Assembly (NCBI GenBank): GCA_934182615.1
Contig: CAKPRO010000006.1
Location: 4,771 to 68,770 of the forward strand
Origin: an uncultured Bacilli bacterium
GTDB lineage: Bacteria > Bacillota_I > Bacilli_A > RF39 > UBA660
Reading direction: 5' to 3'
DNA length: 64,000 nucleotides
This document shows, piece after piece, positions 42,498 to 52,057 of the stretch. The translations under genes were made by a program, and so were the position numbers. Below the pieces are notes generated by a model. That model did no database searches. It worked only from the letters and a program-made list of their open reading frames with translations, and was not told the DNA's origin. Within the stretch, counting starts at the first letter, position 1. Each line of letters starts with the position of its first letter.

Positions 42498-44009
42498 CTA
42501 GGATATATGTAAATTATATGGACTACCACTAGTACCATCACCACTACTTATAGATACATCTTTATCTAAATATACTGTTGGATATACATAAGTTCCGTTT
42601 GAATATGCATAAGCAGATCTTAATTGTCCATCTGAAGCCAAGCGAAAAAGAGAAGTTTTATCATAAGCAAGTATAGCTAATAACCACTTATAATCACCAG
42701 TATAAAGCCAATTATTACTCCTACACTCATAATTATTATTACTACTATTATAATTATAAATAGTAAGACCATTACATTTACTAAGATCTGCTGCATAACC
42801 ATAATCACTTGGAGATGCTAAAGCAACGTAACCATTCCATTCAGTATCATTTCCTGCATAAACGTTACCAGATACTCTCTCAGTATTATAATAAACATTA
42901 GGAAACATATCAATAGAAGTTGTGCCTCTTAAGTACCAAGTACTTTCACTTATCATATTTCTAGTAGTGTCATTTTTTAAACCAATGTTACCCATATTAC
43001 ACGTACTAATATTATCAACTGAAGTCGCACCAGAATAGCAACTACCATCTTGCCTATTCCAATATAAACTGCCACCATATTCACTTTCATAATTTGGATT
43101 TAATAATTTCATAAGTCTAGAAGATGGCCAATTACTATTTCCAGTAGTAGCAACATTACCACTATTATCCCAAGAATAAATTCCAATATTATCTTTTCTT
43201 ACAATTTTTACTTTACCATCAACAATACCAATAATTCTCCATAATTCACAAGTACTTGAAGATTGATTACCATAATTATCACAATTAAAATAAACATAAT
43301 TATTAGGATTAGCACCATAATACCTAATATTACCACTTGCATCTGTCATTAGACCATTAGATTCAGTATATTGATAATTAATATTATTATTAATAACAAT
43401 TTTTTTAGAATCATTCTTATTTAATCTTTTAATCTTATAAATAATAGAATTAGAATATATTTCATCATCTATAACTTTCATTGAAGCCTCACACCTAACA
43501 GTAGCACTAATAGTAGCATCCTCTGCTGAAGAAGCATTTTCAACAGTTTCATCAAACCACAAGTATACAGTATACATAGTAGTAGTAGCTTTCAAAGGAA
43601 TATTAACTGCTAATAAATAAGATTCATTTGAAGAAACACCACCTAAAGTACCTTCCGATATTTTACTAGTCCCCTCTACTACAACATACTTTAAAGCATT
43701 ACTACCACTAAGAGCAGAACTAATTTTTGTAATATCTAAATATATATGGCCATATATATCATAAGTATTATCTTTTTTATACAAAGATATATCTATACTA
43801 TTTCCACCAGTATATTCAGTACTTGGATTTAAAATACTCGATGTAATATCAGTTCCTTTTGTATAATTAATATAATAATCCAAACCCTTAGTAATAGTAT
43901 TAACATTAACCGAAGCAAGTACATATTTATAATAAGCATAAGTACTTCCAACTATCGAAATAATTAATACAGTAATTCCAAATATCATATATATTTTATA
44001 TTTATTCAT
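42498..44009 (-). CDS. Secreted protein with SipW-type signal peptide
   Basis: Signal IISIVGSTYAYYKY. The N-terminal domain is shared with the 25995 and 26557 proteins (ALKYVVVEG, YTVYLWF). Likely start is the ATG at 44009. The track GTG at 44021 is the SD. Confidence 0.65.
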   Translation of the reverse strand: MNKYKIYMIFGITVLIISIVGSTYAYYKYVLASVNVNTITKGLDYYINYTKGTDITSSILNPSTEYTGGNSIDISLYKKDNTYDIYGHIYLDITKISSALSGSNALKYVVVEGTSKISEGTLGGVSSNESYLLAVNIPLKATTTMYTVYLWFDETVENASSAEDATISATVRCEASMKVIDDEIYSNSIIYKIKRLNKNDSKKIVINNNINYQYTESNGLMTDASGNIRYYGANPNNYVYFNCDNYGNQSSSTCELWRIIGIVDGKVKIVRKDNIGIYSWDNSGNVATTGNSNWPSSRLMKLLNPNYESEYGGSLYWNRQDGSCYSGATSVDNISTCNMGNIGLKNDTTRNMISESTWYLRGTTSIDMFPNVYYNTERVSGNVYAGNDTEWNGYVALASPSDYGYAADLSKCNGLTIYNYNSSNNNYECRSNNWLYTGDYKWLLAILAYDKTSLFRLASDGQLRSAYAYSNGTYVYPTVYLDKDVSISSGDGTSGSPYNLHIS

Positions 44010-44026
44010 TCTTTTCTCCACACAAA

Positions 44027-44076
44027 AAAGACTATGAAAAAATACTAATACTTCTATTAGTTATTTCATAGTCTTT
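44027..44076 (-). terminator. Conserved leader terminator, copy 2
   Basis: Minus strand has AAAGACUAUGAAA-loop-UUUCAUAGUCUUU followed by UUUGUG. Confidence 0.7.
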
Positions 44077-44184
44077 ATTTATATTATTATTTATTATACT
44101 TAGATTAGATTTTTGAATCCCCCCAACACGTACAAAGGTACTAGTTAACAAGTGGCTAACTTTCGTTATTTTTCTCTCGTTCAT
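44032..44184 (-). CDS. Leader ORF 2 (50 aa, open frame through the terminator)
   Basis: SD GAGGAGGTG then ATG at 44184. Translation is MNERKITKVSHLLTSTFVRVGGIQKSNLSIINNNINKDYEITNRSISIFS-stop. The stop TAG lies in the 3' arm of the terminator. Confidence 0.5.
   Translation of the reverse strand: MNERKITKVSHLLTSTFVRVGGIQKSNLSIINNNINKDYEITNRSISIFS
44119..44124 (-). repeat. Homopolymeric G6 tract
   Basis: Counted directly (C6 on the plus strand). Confidence 0.9.
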
Positions 44185-44202
44185 AGGGGCACCTCCTCTC
44201 TG

Positions 44203-44240
44203 TTGATTTGCGAATTAATTGATATATTTTCGTAAATCAA
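44203..44240 (-). promoter_or_regulatory. Conserved imperfect palindrome / 5'-UTR stem-loop, copy 2
   Basis: TTGATTTGCGAA-ttaattgatatatt-TTCGTAAATCAA. Confidence 0.6.
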
Positions 44241-44262
44241 ACTCATCTTACCCTACATATCA

Positions 44263-44291
44263 ATAGTATCACAAAATTAAACATTTATCAA
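44263..44291 (-). promoter_or_regulatory. Sigma-A type promoter with extended -10 (leader 2)
   Basis: Minus strand has TTGATA, a 17 nt spacer ending in TGa, then TACTAT. Confidence 0.55.
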
Positions 44292-44328
44292 TATCAAATA
44301 AACACTTTAATCAGAAATAATCATATTA

Positions 44329-46083
44329 TTAACTAACAACTATAACATTAGTCAAATTACTAAAATTAGTATTAATCCATTGTTTCTCAGTATTACTTTT
44401 TACATATATTGCAGCATTATTTGGTATCATATAAAACATCATACTAACATTAGTCAGAGCACTTCCAAAAGTCATATTTCGCATATCGATAAGCATTAGT
44501 TTACTATCATAACTAAACATTGAACTCATATTAGTTACATTTGATGTATCAAAGCCACTTATATTCAGTTTAGTAAGTGATGTACAATACTGAAACATAT
44601 TAAGCATTGTCGTAACTTTAGAAGTATTAAAGTTACTTAAGTCTAACTCTTTAAGTGCATTACATTTTACAAATACTGCATTCATATTAGTCACATTTGA
44701 TGTATCAAAATTAGATAAGTCTATACTTTCTAACGAATTACAATTATAAAACATTTGATACATACTTGTGATTTTGGATGTATTAAAGCTAGATAAATTT
44801 ATACTTGTTAATTTATAACAATGAGCAAACATAACAGTCATATTAGCTACATTTGATGTATTGAAATTGCTTAAATTCAAATTCGTTAATGATTCACAAT
44901 GTGAAAACATACCTTCCATATTAATTACACTTAATGTATTAAAACTACTTATATTTAAGTCTGTAAGTGAAGTACAATATTTGAAAAGGTATTGCATATT
45001 CGTTACATTTGATGTATCAAAATTAGATAAATTCAAACTTTTTATTGAAATACAATTTGCAAACATATACTTCATATCTATTACACTTGATGTATCAAAA
45101 CTAGATAAATCTATGTTTCCCAAACTAACACAATCATTAAACATATAATATATATTTTTAACTTTAGAAGTATTAAAACTACTTACATTTACAGAGGTTA
45201 ATTTTGCACAACCATTAAATAATTCTTCCATACTGGTTACTTTACTTGTATCAAACATACTTAGATCCAAACTAACTACTGATTCACTTTTTTTAAACAT
45301 TTTTACCATATATGTAGTATTTGATGTATCAAAGCCAGTAAAATCCATAGAAATAGTATTAGTTAAATAACTAAAAAGTGAATAACAATTACTAGGAGCA
45401 TATACCTTTCCACTCTCGCCGCCTATATATACATTATATAAATTATCACTGCTTCCCTTTGTGTACCATAACATGACACTACCATCGCCATTTTGTGATA
45501 CATCAAAATTTCCTATAGCATCAGCTGGTACAATATTATCATTAGCTATTGTAAGTGTTTCTATAGTATTTCTAACTAAAGTTGTGCCAAGAAAGTTAGA
45601 AGTTGCACTAACACCACTTTCAGCATTTCTTAATGTATTTATTTGTTTAACTTTATTTTTTACTAAAGTAACACCACTTGGCACTATTAAGTCTCCACCA
45701 TTTTCATAACCCAATATCGTACTTAAAGTAACAGTACTACTTGTAGTTCCATTATTTATTAATTTTAATTTAACAAATTTATTTTCCCCATAATTTATTA
45801 ATCCAGTTTCTGCATCTTTAGTATCTTCATATACTTTGACATCTATATTAGTTCCAGAGTATCCAACTCCATATTTTACAATCCCTTTATTAGCATTATT
45901 CACTTTATAATATACTTTTTTTGATGTTCTAGCAGGTAATTCTATACTAGTACTATCATTAACATCTATTATATAAGTATCATTTTCACCACTAGCAACA
46001 CTGGAAATTGCAAAAGTTTGATATAAAAATCCTATTAGAACTAATATAACAATTGTCAATATAATAATTACTCTCTTTTTCAT
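44329..46083 (-). CDS. BspA-family leucine-rich repeat surface protein (DUF285-type 26-residue repeats)
   Basis: More than 10 repeats of the type F..C.SL.SLDLSNFDTSNVTNM..MF. N-terminal signal/anchor. Likely start is the ATG at 46083. The track GTG at 46095 is the SD. Confidence 0.85.
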   Translation of the reverse strand: MKKRVIIILTIVILVLIGFLYQTFAISSVASGENDTYIIDVNDSTSIELPARTSKKVYYKVNNANKGIVKYGVGYSGTNIDVKVYEDTKDAETGLINYGENKFVKLKLINNGTTSSTVTLSTILGYENGGDLIVPSGVTLVKNKVKQINTLRNAESGVSATSNFLGTTLVRNTIETLTIANDNIVPADAIGNFDVSQNGDGSVMLWYTKGSSDNLYNVYIGGESGKVYAPSNCYSLFSYLTNTISMDFTGFDTSNTTYMVKMFKKSESVVSLDLSMFDTSKVTSMEELFNGCAKLTSVNVSSFNTSKVKNIYYMFNDCVSLGNIDLSSFDTSSVIDMKYMFANCISIKSLNLSNFDTSNVTNMQYLFKYCTSLTDLNISSFNTLSVINMEGMFSHCESLTNLNLSNFNTSNVANMTVMFAHCYKLTSINLSSFNTSKITSMYQMFYNCNSLESIDLSNFDTSNVTNMNAVFVKCNALKELDLSNFNTSKVTTMLNMFQYCTSLTKLNISGFDTSNVTNMSSMFSYDSKLMLIDMRNMTFGSALTNVSMMFYMIPNNAAIYVKSNTEKQWINTNFSNLTNVIVVS

Positions 46084-46099
46084 TTTTGCCTCCACAAAA

Positions 46100-46149
46100 A
46101 AAGACTATGAAAAAGCACTAATACTTCTATTAGTTATTTCATAGTCTTT
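46100..46149 (-). terminator. Conserved leader terminator, copy 3
   Basis: Minus strand has AAAGACUAUGAAA-loop-UUUCAUAGUCUUU followed by UUUUGUG. Confidence 0.7.
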
Positions 46150-46172
46150 ATTTATATTATTATTTATTATAC

Positions 46173-46241
46173 TTAGATTAGATTTTTGACCCCCCCCCCA
46201 ATTAACTTGTGGTTAACTTTTATAAATAATACTTTTTCCAT
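46173..46241 (-). CDS. Leader ORF 3 (22 aa as sequenced) containing the G10 tract
   Basis: SD AAAGGAGG then ATG at 46241. Translation is MEKVLFIKVNHKLIGGGVKNLI-stop. With 8 or 11 G the frame continues to the TAG in the terminator 3' arm. Confidence 0.5.
   Translation of the reverse strand: MEKVLFIKVNHKLIGGGVKNLI
46190..46199 (-). repeat. Homopolymeric G10 tract
   Basis: Counted directly (C10 on the plus strand). Confidence 0.9.
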
Positions 46242-46258
46242 AAGAGGGGCCTCCTTTC

Positions 46259-46330
46259 TGATTTGCGAATTAATTGAGATCAAAACTCTCGAATTATTTA
46301 GAATCTTTTTGGTAAAATTTTGCAAATCAA
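46259..46330 (-). promoter_or_regulatory. Conserved imperfect palindrome / 5'-UTR stem-loop, copy 3
   Basis: TGATTTGCGAATTAATTGAGATC ... TTTTGCAAATCA. Confidence 0.55.
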
Positions 46331-46360
46331 TTATCAATATCTTTTCTATCTTACATATCA

Positions 46361-46389
46361 ATAATATCATAATTAATTTTAAAATGCAA
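46361..46389 (-). promoter_or_regulatory. Sigma-A type promoter with extended -10 (leader 3)
   Basis: Minus strand has TTGCAT, a 17 nt spacer ending in TGa, then TATTAT. Confidence 0.55.
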
Positions 46390-46465
46390 TATTAATTTTT
46401 AAATTATTTATTTACAATAAATATCATTTTTGTTATACTATATATAGAGAATAAGGAGGAACATT

Positions 46466-47173
46466 ATGAGTAATTATATAGAATTTCTAATGCAAATAAT
46501 AGTCTGTTTCTTACTTAGTGCTTGTATCGGTATTGAAAGACAATACCGAAGAAGATCAGTAGGATTAAGAACAATAATATTAGTAAGCCTAGGAGCCTTT
46601 CTTTTTACTAGATACTCCTATTCATTTCCTAATTCAGATATGAATAGAATAGCATCTCAAGTAGTCGCAGGTATCGGTTTTCTAGGAGCAGGAGTAATAA
46701 TAAAAGATGGTAAAGCTGTTAAAGGATTAACCACCGCAGCCACTTTGTGGTGTTCTGCTGCTATCGGAATATTATGTTCTGCCAACCTTCTAGTAGAAGC
46801 CATAACTGGTACCCTATTCATATTATTTACTAATATAATACTAAGAACAGTAAATAGTAAAATAAATCATTTAAGTGGCAATATCAATTATAACTTATAT
46901 AATTTCAGTGTAATTGCAGAAGAACATAAAGAAAAAGAAATAACTAGAATAATCAAAGATATCGTTAAAGAAAATAATAGTACTATTACTAATTTAGAAA
47001 TAAATGATACCGAAAATGGTAATATTAAAATAGACTTATGCGTTACTGTTGATTCTGATAATGATAATCTATCTAATGAAATGATGCAAAGATTATTAAA
47101 TAAAAAAGAAGTAATATCCATAAGTTTAAATAAAAAAGATAAAAGATTTTTATTTGAAGAAGAAGAATTATAG
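46466..47173 (+). CDS. MgtC/SapB family membrane protein
   Basis: 235 aa. N-terminal membrane domain with GIERQYRRRSVGLRT and GAGVIIKDG. Soluble C-terminal domain. Confidence 0.8.
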   Translation: MSNYIEFLMQIIVCFLLSACIGIERQYRRRSVGLRTIILVSLGAFLFTRYSYSFPNSDMNRIASQVVAGIGFLGAGVIIKDGKAVKGLTTAATLWCSAAIGILCSANLLVEAITGTLFILFTNIILRTVNSKINHLSGNINYNLYNFSVIAEEHKEKEITRIIKDIVKENNSTITNLEINDTENGNIKIDLCVTVDSDNDNLSNEMMQRLLNKKEVISISLNKKDKRFLFEEEEL

Positions 47174-47194
47174 AGATTACAAAAGTAATCTCTA
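47171..47194. terminator. Bidirectional hairpin between convergent mgtC-like gene and sigE
   Basis: TAGAGATTAC-aaaa-GTAATCTCTA. Confidence 0.55.
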
Positions 47195-47881
47195 TAATTT
47201 TATTATATTAGATAATTTTTTAATAACTTTCTTTTCAATTCTAGATATATAAGACTGTGATATTCCAAGTAAATTAGCTACTTCCTTCTGTGTCATTTCC
47301 TTTTTACCATTAAGTCCATATCTAAGTTCAATAATTTCTTTATCCCTTTTACCTAACTTATCTACTTCTTTATACATCAAATATTTATCAAGTTCATCTT
47401 CAATAGGCTTAGTAACAATATCTTCTTTAGTACCAAGAACATCTTCTAAATGAAGTTCATTACCTTCTGAATCAAAAGATAAAGAATCCTCAAATGATAC
47501 TTCAGTTCTTTTTTTCTTTGTTTTCCTAAGATACATAAGTATCTCATTATCTATACATCTAGAAGCATAAGTAGCAAGTTTAATATTCTTATCATTCTGA
47601 TAAGTATTAACTCCCTTAATTAATCCTATTGTCCCAATAGATACTAAATCTTCTAAATCTATCTTAGTATTTTCATATTTCTTAGCTAAAAATACTACTA
47701 ATCTAAGATTATGTTCTATAAGTTTATCCCTCGCATTCATATCACCATTTAAAAACATATTAACATATTTTTCTTCTTCTTCTTTACTAAAAGGTTCTGG
47801 TAATATATCTGTACTTCCTACAAAAAACAAATAATTAAGTTTACTAAATATTCTTCTAAGTAATTTAAGCATTCTCTTCAC
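47192..47881 (-). CDS. sigE: Sporulation sigma factor SigE (pro-sigma-E)
   Basis: Pro-sequence followed by YFVGSTDILPEPFSKEEE..HNLRLVVFLAKKYENT..ISIGTIGLIKGVNTY..KLATYASRCIDNEILMYLRK. Immediately downstream of spoIIGA. Confidence 0.85.
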   Translation of the reverse strand: MKRMLKLLRRIFSKLNYLFFVGSTDILPEPFSKEEEEKYVNMFLNGDMNARDKLIEHNLRLVVFLAKKYENTKIDLEDLVSIGTIGLIKGVNTYQNDKNIKLATYASRCIDNEILMYLRKTKKKRTEVSFEDSLSFDSEGNELHLEDVLGTKEDIVTKPIEDELDKYLMYKEVDKLGKRDKEIIELRYGLNGKKEMTQKEVANLLGISQSYISRIEKKVIKKLSNIIKL

Positions 47882-48618
47882 CCTTTCATAATATCTTTAT
47901 GTAATATAACATCTACTCCATCAATAAGTTTAGGACTATCAGAAAAACCTATTAAAATATTTCCCTTATACCCTATTCCATCAATAAATATAATATCTGG
48001 TTTAATACATTTAAGTAATCCTTCTCCACTCATAGTATAATAAGGAACTAATATATAATTATCTTCTCTAATATATTTATTAGATAATAATATAATAGGT
48101 CTCTTTTTATAAGGATCATATAAATTATTCCCCGTATCTACAAAACCTACTACTGATATCTTACTTTTATCTTTAAAATATATGTCTACCTTATAATAAT
48201 TATTATAAATATTTTTAATCTTTCTACTTTCTTTAATATATAATATTAAAACTAAACTACTAATAACAATTATAATAAAATAATTAATAAATATATTATT
48301 AGATACCTTAACATTAAATAAATATATAATACCCCCTATCAAAGTACTAAGTAAATACATATAAAATATATTTCTAAGTACATATTTAACTCCCTTATAT
48401 CCAAAAGATATAAGTACCATAATAATAATACTTATAACTTCAATTAATATCTTATTAATATTATTAAATAATAATACTGAAGAAATACCTCCTATCAAAG
48501 ATGAAATTATAATTCTAATAAGATTACTATTTCTCTTTAATATAATTGAAGTACCAAGTATAATCATAAAATCCATAATAGTATTAAACAAAAAAAATAA
48601 ATCAATATATATTCTCAT
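47878..48618 (-). CDS. spoIIGA: Sigma-E processing aspartic peptidase SpoIIGA
   Basis: MRIYIDLFFLFNTIMDFMIILGTSIILKR matches the SpoIIGA N-terminus. Has the VDTGN aspartic protease motif. The start is uncertain (48618 ATG or the 48669 GTG of the track). Confidence 0.8.
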   Translation of the reverse strand: MRIYIDLFFLFNTIMDFMIILGTSIILKRNSNLIRIIISSLIGGISSVLLFNNINKILIEVISIIIMVLISFGYKGVKYVLRNIFYMYLLSTLIGGIIYLFNVKVSNNIFINYFIIIVISSLVLILYIKESRKIKNIYNNYYKVDIYFKDKSKISVVGFVDTGNNLYDPYKKRPIILLSNKYIREDNYILVPYYTMSGEGLLKCIKPDIIFIDGIGYKGNILIGFSDSPKLIDGVDVILHKDIMKG

Positions 48619-48668
48619 ATATTGATTATAAAAAAAAGAATATAAATATCTTGTCGATTTATATTCCA

Positions 48669-48884
48669 CTATTCAAATAATTTATTCTCATCTCCAGAGC
48701 AATAGCCACCGCCTACTTTAGCACCTTCAACATATTCCTTACCAGAAATATTACATCCCATCTTAGTAACAGCATCTTGTAAATATCCTCCAAAGATTTT
48801 TACTAATCCTATTGCTACTACTGTAATTAAAGATATAATAAGTACATATTCTACTAATGTTTGACCTTTTCTATTCAACTTCAT
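48669..48884 (-). CDS. Flp-family (type IVb) prepilin-like protein
   Basis: MKLNRKGQTLVEYVLIISLITVVAIGLV matches the class III signal G/(Q)TLVEY motif plus a hydrophobic helix. Likely start is at 48884. Confidence 0.6.
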   Translation of the reverse strand: MKLNRKGQTLVEYVLIISLITVVAIGLVKIFGGYLQDAVTKMGCNISGKEYVEGAKVGGGYCSGDENKLFE

Positions 48885-49050
48885 ACTATCGTCCTTTCGT
48901 ATTCTTAACATAATTGTACTATATTTTTCAAAATAAAGCAACATTTATTTATCTTCTTTTTCAATTTCTAAATCAAAACAAATAATTATTCCATCAATAT
49001 ATTAATATCTATCTATTTCTTAAATATATCCAACACTTAAAATAATTTAT

Positions 49051-49116
49051 AATAGAGACTATTATATAGGCTCTATTATACAACATAAAACTTAAGTTTA
49101 CTTAAGGTTGAAGTGG
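49051..49116 (+). repeat. Twin-hairpin repeat, inverted-orientation variant (copy 8)
   Basis: Plus strand reads AAUAGAGACU-auuaua-UAGGCUCUAUU-AUACAAC-..CUUAAGuuuaCUUAAG-GUUGAAGUGG. It ends 16 nt from the pnp stop. Confidence 0.6.
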
Positions 49117-49131
49117 ATAAAGAAAAAGAAC

Positions 49132-51267
49132 TTATTTAAGTAAGTCCTTTCTTGATAAATTAAGTTTACCCTTCTTATCATATCCAGTAGCAATAGCAAT
49201 AACTTCATCTCCTACTTTAAATAAATCACTAGGTTTATCAACTCTCTTAGTATCTAATTGCGATACATGAATAAGTCCTTCACATCCAGGCCATAACTCA
49301 ACAAAGATACCAAAATCTTGAATAGATACAACCTTACAAGTATAAGTCTTACCAATCTCTACTTCTCTAGCAATATTCTTAATTCTATCGGCAGTTCTAT
49401 TAATAACATCCCTATCAGTATGATAAATAATAACTCTACCATCATCTTCAAGATCAACTTTAACAGCATTAATATCATTAACAGTATTAACATTACTACA
49501 TTCCAAGATAATCTTCGTAATCATTTCTCCACCACGACCAATAACATCTTTAATCTTATCTGGATTAATCATAAATACTTCAGTCTTAGGAGCATACTTA
49601 GATACATCTTCTCTAGGTTTAGATATTTGTTTCTCAATAACATCTAATATCTCAAATCTAGCTTTCTTAGCTTGTGCTAAAGCCTCTTTTAATATTTCTC
49701 TATTAATACCATCAATCTTAATATCCATTTGAAGAGCAGTAATACCATCACGAGTTCCCGCTACCTTAAAGTCCATATCACCAAGATGATCTTCCATACC
49801 TTGAATATCAGTAAGAATAGTATAATCATTCTCATGAGTAATAAGTCCCATAGCAATACCCGCTACTGGCTTCTTAATAGGAACACCCGCTGCCATAAGA
49901 GCCATCGTACCCGCACAAATAGTAGCCTGACTACTAGAACCATTACTCTCTAGTATCTCACTAACAACTCTTATCGTATAAGGAAATTCTTCTTCACTAG
50001 GAATAACATAAGAAAGTGCTCTCTCTCCTAATGCACCATGACCAATTTCTCTTCTACCAGGAGCCCCATATCTACCAGTTTCACCTACTGAGAATGGTGG
50101 GAAGTTATAATGTAACATAAATCTCTTAGCATCTTCAATTCCAAGTCCATCAAGGATTTGATGTTCTCCAAGTGCTCCAAGAGTTACTGTTGCTAAACTT
50201 TGAGTTTGTCCTCTAGTAAATAAAGCACTACCATGACATCTAGGTAATAAATCAATATCTGTAGATAATGGTCTAATCTCATCCATTCTTCTACCATCTG
50301 CTCTAGTCTTCTCTTTAACAACAATATTTCTAAATAGTTCATACTCAATACCATGGAATATTAAAGCCACCTTAGTAAGTAATTCCTTTAATTCTTCAGG
50401 TTTCATCGTATCTTCATTTTCACTCTTATACTTTTCTATTACTTCTTCTTCTAAGTCATCAATAGCACCATATTTCTCTAACTTATCTTTAATTCTAAGA
50501 GCCTTATCAAGTCTCTCTCTAACAATACTATCTACTTCACTTCTAAGTTCTGAAGATATTTCTAACTTCTCATATTCCATCTTCTCTACGCCAATAGCAC
50601 TAATAACTTCTTCCTCAAAAGCAATTAACTTCTTAATAGCCTCATGTCCAAACATTAATGCTTCAAGCATATCATCTTCTAAGGCCTCTCTAGCTCCAGC
50701 CTCAACCATATTAATAGCGTCTTTTGTTCCCGCTACTGTAAGGTCAATATCAGACTTCTCACTTTGTTCTACAGTAGGATTAATAACAAACTCCCCATCA
50801 ACTCTACCAACTTTAACCGCTGCTACTGGACCATTAAAAGGTATCTTACTAATACAAGTAGCAAGTGAAGATCCAAATAATGCTGTAAGTTCAGGTGAAT
50901 TGTCTTGGTCTACTGATAACACTGTATTAACAATTTGTACTTCATTCTTAAAATCCTCTGGAAATAATGGTCTAAGAGGTCTATCAATCATACGAGCCGC
51001 AAGTGTTGCCGCATCAGTAGGTCTACCCTCTCTCTTAATAAATCCTCCAGGTATCTTACCTACAGAATATAACTTTTCTTGGTATAAAACCATAAGTGGA
51101 AAGAAATCAGATAATAGATTAGCACTCTTACTAACAACAGCAGTTGATAGTACTACAGTATCTCCATATCTAACAAGTACTGCTCCATCTGCTTGTTTAG
51201 CAACTTGTCCATGTTCTACTACTATCTTTCTTCCATAAAAATCTAACTCAAATACTTTCTTATCCAT
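49132..51267 (-). CDS. pnp: Polyribonucleotide nucleotidyltransferase (PNPase)
   Basis: 711 aa with two RNase PH domains, a KH domain and an S1 domain ([20 protein letters not shown]). Confidence 0.97.
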   Translation of the reverse strand: MDKKVFELDFYGRKIVVEHGQVAKQADGAVLVRYGDTVVLSTAVVSKSANLLSDFFPLMVLYQEKLYSVGKIPGGFIKREGRPTDAATLAARMIDRPLRPLFPEDFKNEVQIVNTVLSVDQDNSPELTALFGSSLATCISKIPFNGPVAAVKVGRVDGEFVINPTVEQSEKSDIDLTVAGTKDAINMVEAGAREALEDDMLEALMFGHEAIKKLIAFEEEVISAIGVEKMEYEKLEISSELRSEVDSIVRERLDKALRIKDKLEKYGAIDDLEEEVIEKYKSENEDTMKPEELKELLTKVALIFHGIEYELFRNIVVKEKTRADGRRMDEIRPLSTDIDLLPRCHGSALFTRGQTQSLATVTLGALGEHQILDGLGIEDAKRFMLHYNFPPFSVGETGRYGAPGRREIGHGALGERALSYVIPSEEEFPYTIRVVSEILESNGSSSQATICAGTMALMAAGVPIKKPVAGIAMGLITHENDYTILTDIQGMEDHLGDMDFKVAGTRDGITALQMDIKIDGINREILKEALAQAKKARFEILDVIEKQISKPREDVSKYAPKTEVFMINPDKIKDVIGRGGEMITKIILECSNVNTVNDINAVKVDLEDDGRVIIYHTDRDVINRTADRIKNIAREVEIGKTYTCKVVSIQDFGIFVELWPGCEGLIHVSQLDTKRVDKPSDLFKVGDEVIAIATGYDKKGKLNLSRKDLLK

Positions 51268-51271
51268 ATCT

Positions 51272-51604
51272 CTACTCCTTTTCTTTTACTTGATTCTTAT
51301 AATCATTAAATTTTTTAAGTATTCTTCTTTTACTCATATTTTGTTTTTCAACAGATATAATATCACTAAAAGGTATAAATGGGCCATTAATAAATAGACA
51401 TCCTATTTCATTTTCACAACTTGTTAAAGCACCAAAAACTTTATATTTTTTCCCAGTTAATAAATCAATATACCTATTACTTTTTGTGGGTTTAACTATC
51501 GTTTGTCTAATAGCCTCATGATAGTAAGCAGTTTCTCCATTTCTTCTATACTCTTTTTTAGTTATCATACTTATATTAGCAAAATACAAATCATTTATAT
51601 TCAT
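51272..51604 (-). CDS. Hypothetical protein between rpsO and pnp
   Basis: 110 aa ORF with no motif. Confidence 0.45.
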   Translation of the reverse strand: MNINDLYFANISMITKKEYRRNGETAYYHEAIRQTIVKPTKSNRYIDLLTGKKYKVFGALTSCENEIGCLFINGPFIPFSDIISVEKQNMSKRRILKKFNDYKNQVKEKE

Positions 51605-51658
51605 AAAAACCTCCCAATAAATATAAAGACACTCAAAAAAGAGTGCCTACTTTATTAA

Positions 51659-51928
51659 TTATTTTCTTAATCCTAATTTTGCAACTACATCTCTGTATCT
51701 CTTAACATCAGTCTTAACAAGATAGTTTAATAAACTTCTTCTTTTACCAACTTTAATTAAAAGTCCTCTCTTAGAAGCTTTATCTTGTTTATTATTCTTA
51801 AGATGTTCAGTTAAAGCATTAATCTCATTGGTAAGAATAGCTATTTGTACTTCAGGAGATCCTGTATCTTTACTATCTCTAGCAAACTCTTTAATGATTT
51901 GTGCTTTCTTATCTTTATTTAAAGCCAT
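51659..51928 (-). CDS. rpsO: 30S ribosomal protein S15
   Basis: [46 protein letters not shown]. Confidence 0.95.
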   Translation of the reverse strand: MALNKDKKAQIIKEFARDSKDTGSPEVQIAILTNEINALTEHLKNNKQDKASKRGLLIKVGKRRSLLNYLVKTDVKRYRDVVAKLGLRK

Positions 51929-52057
51929 TATATTTTCCTCCTTATCTTATTTTCACCTTTAACCTAGTTATGGTAAGAGGTACCAATAACAAAGTTCAAG
52001 GAACATATTAATAATACACTATATTTTACGATTTGTAAATAGTTTTTATGAATTTTC

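Noticed and set aside
46173-46395. Track ORFs of 65 aa (minus) and 69 aa (plus) in the leader of the BspA-like gene
   Set aside because: The minus ORF is the 22-codon leader ORF artificially extended upstream through the UTR palindrome, with no SD at its nominal start. The plus ORF is antisense to the conserved leader.
49318-51238. Three plus-strand ORFs inside pnp (49318-49647, 49729-49953, 50900-51238)
   Set aside because: They are antisense to the unambiguous PNPase gene. The translations are low-complexity, with no motifs or ribosome-binding sites.
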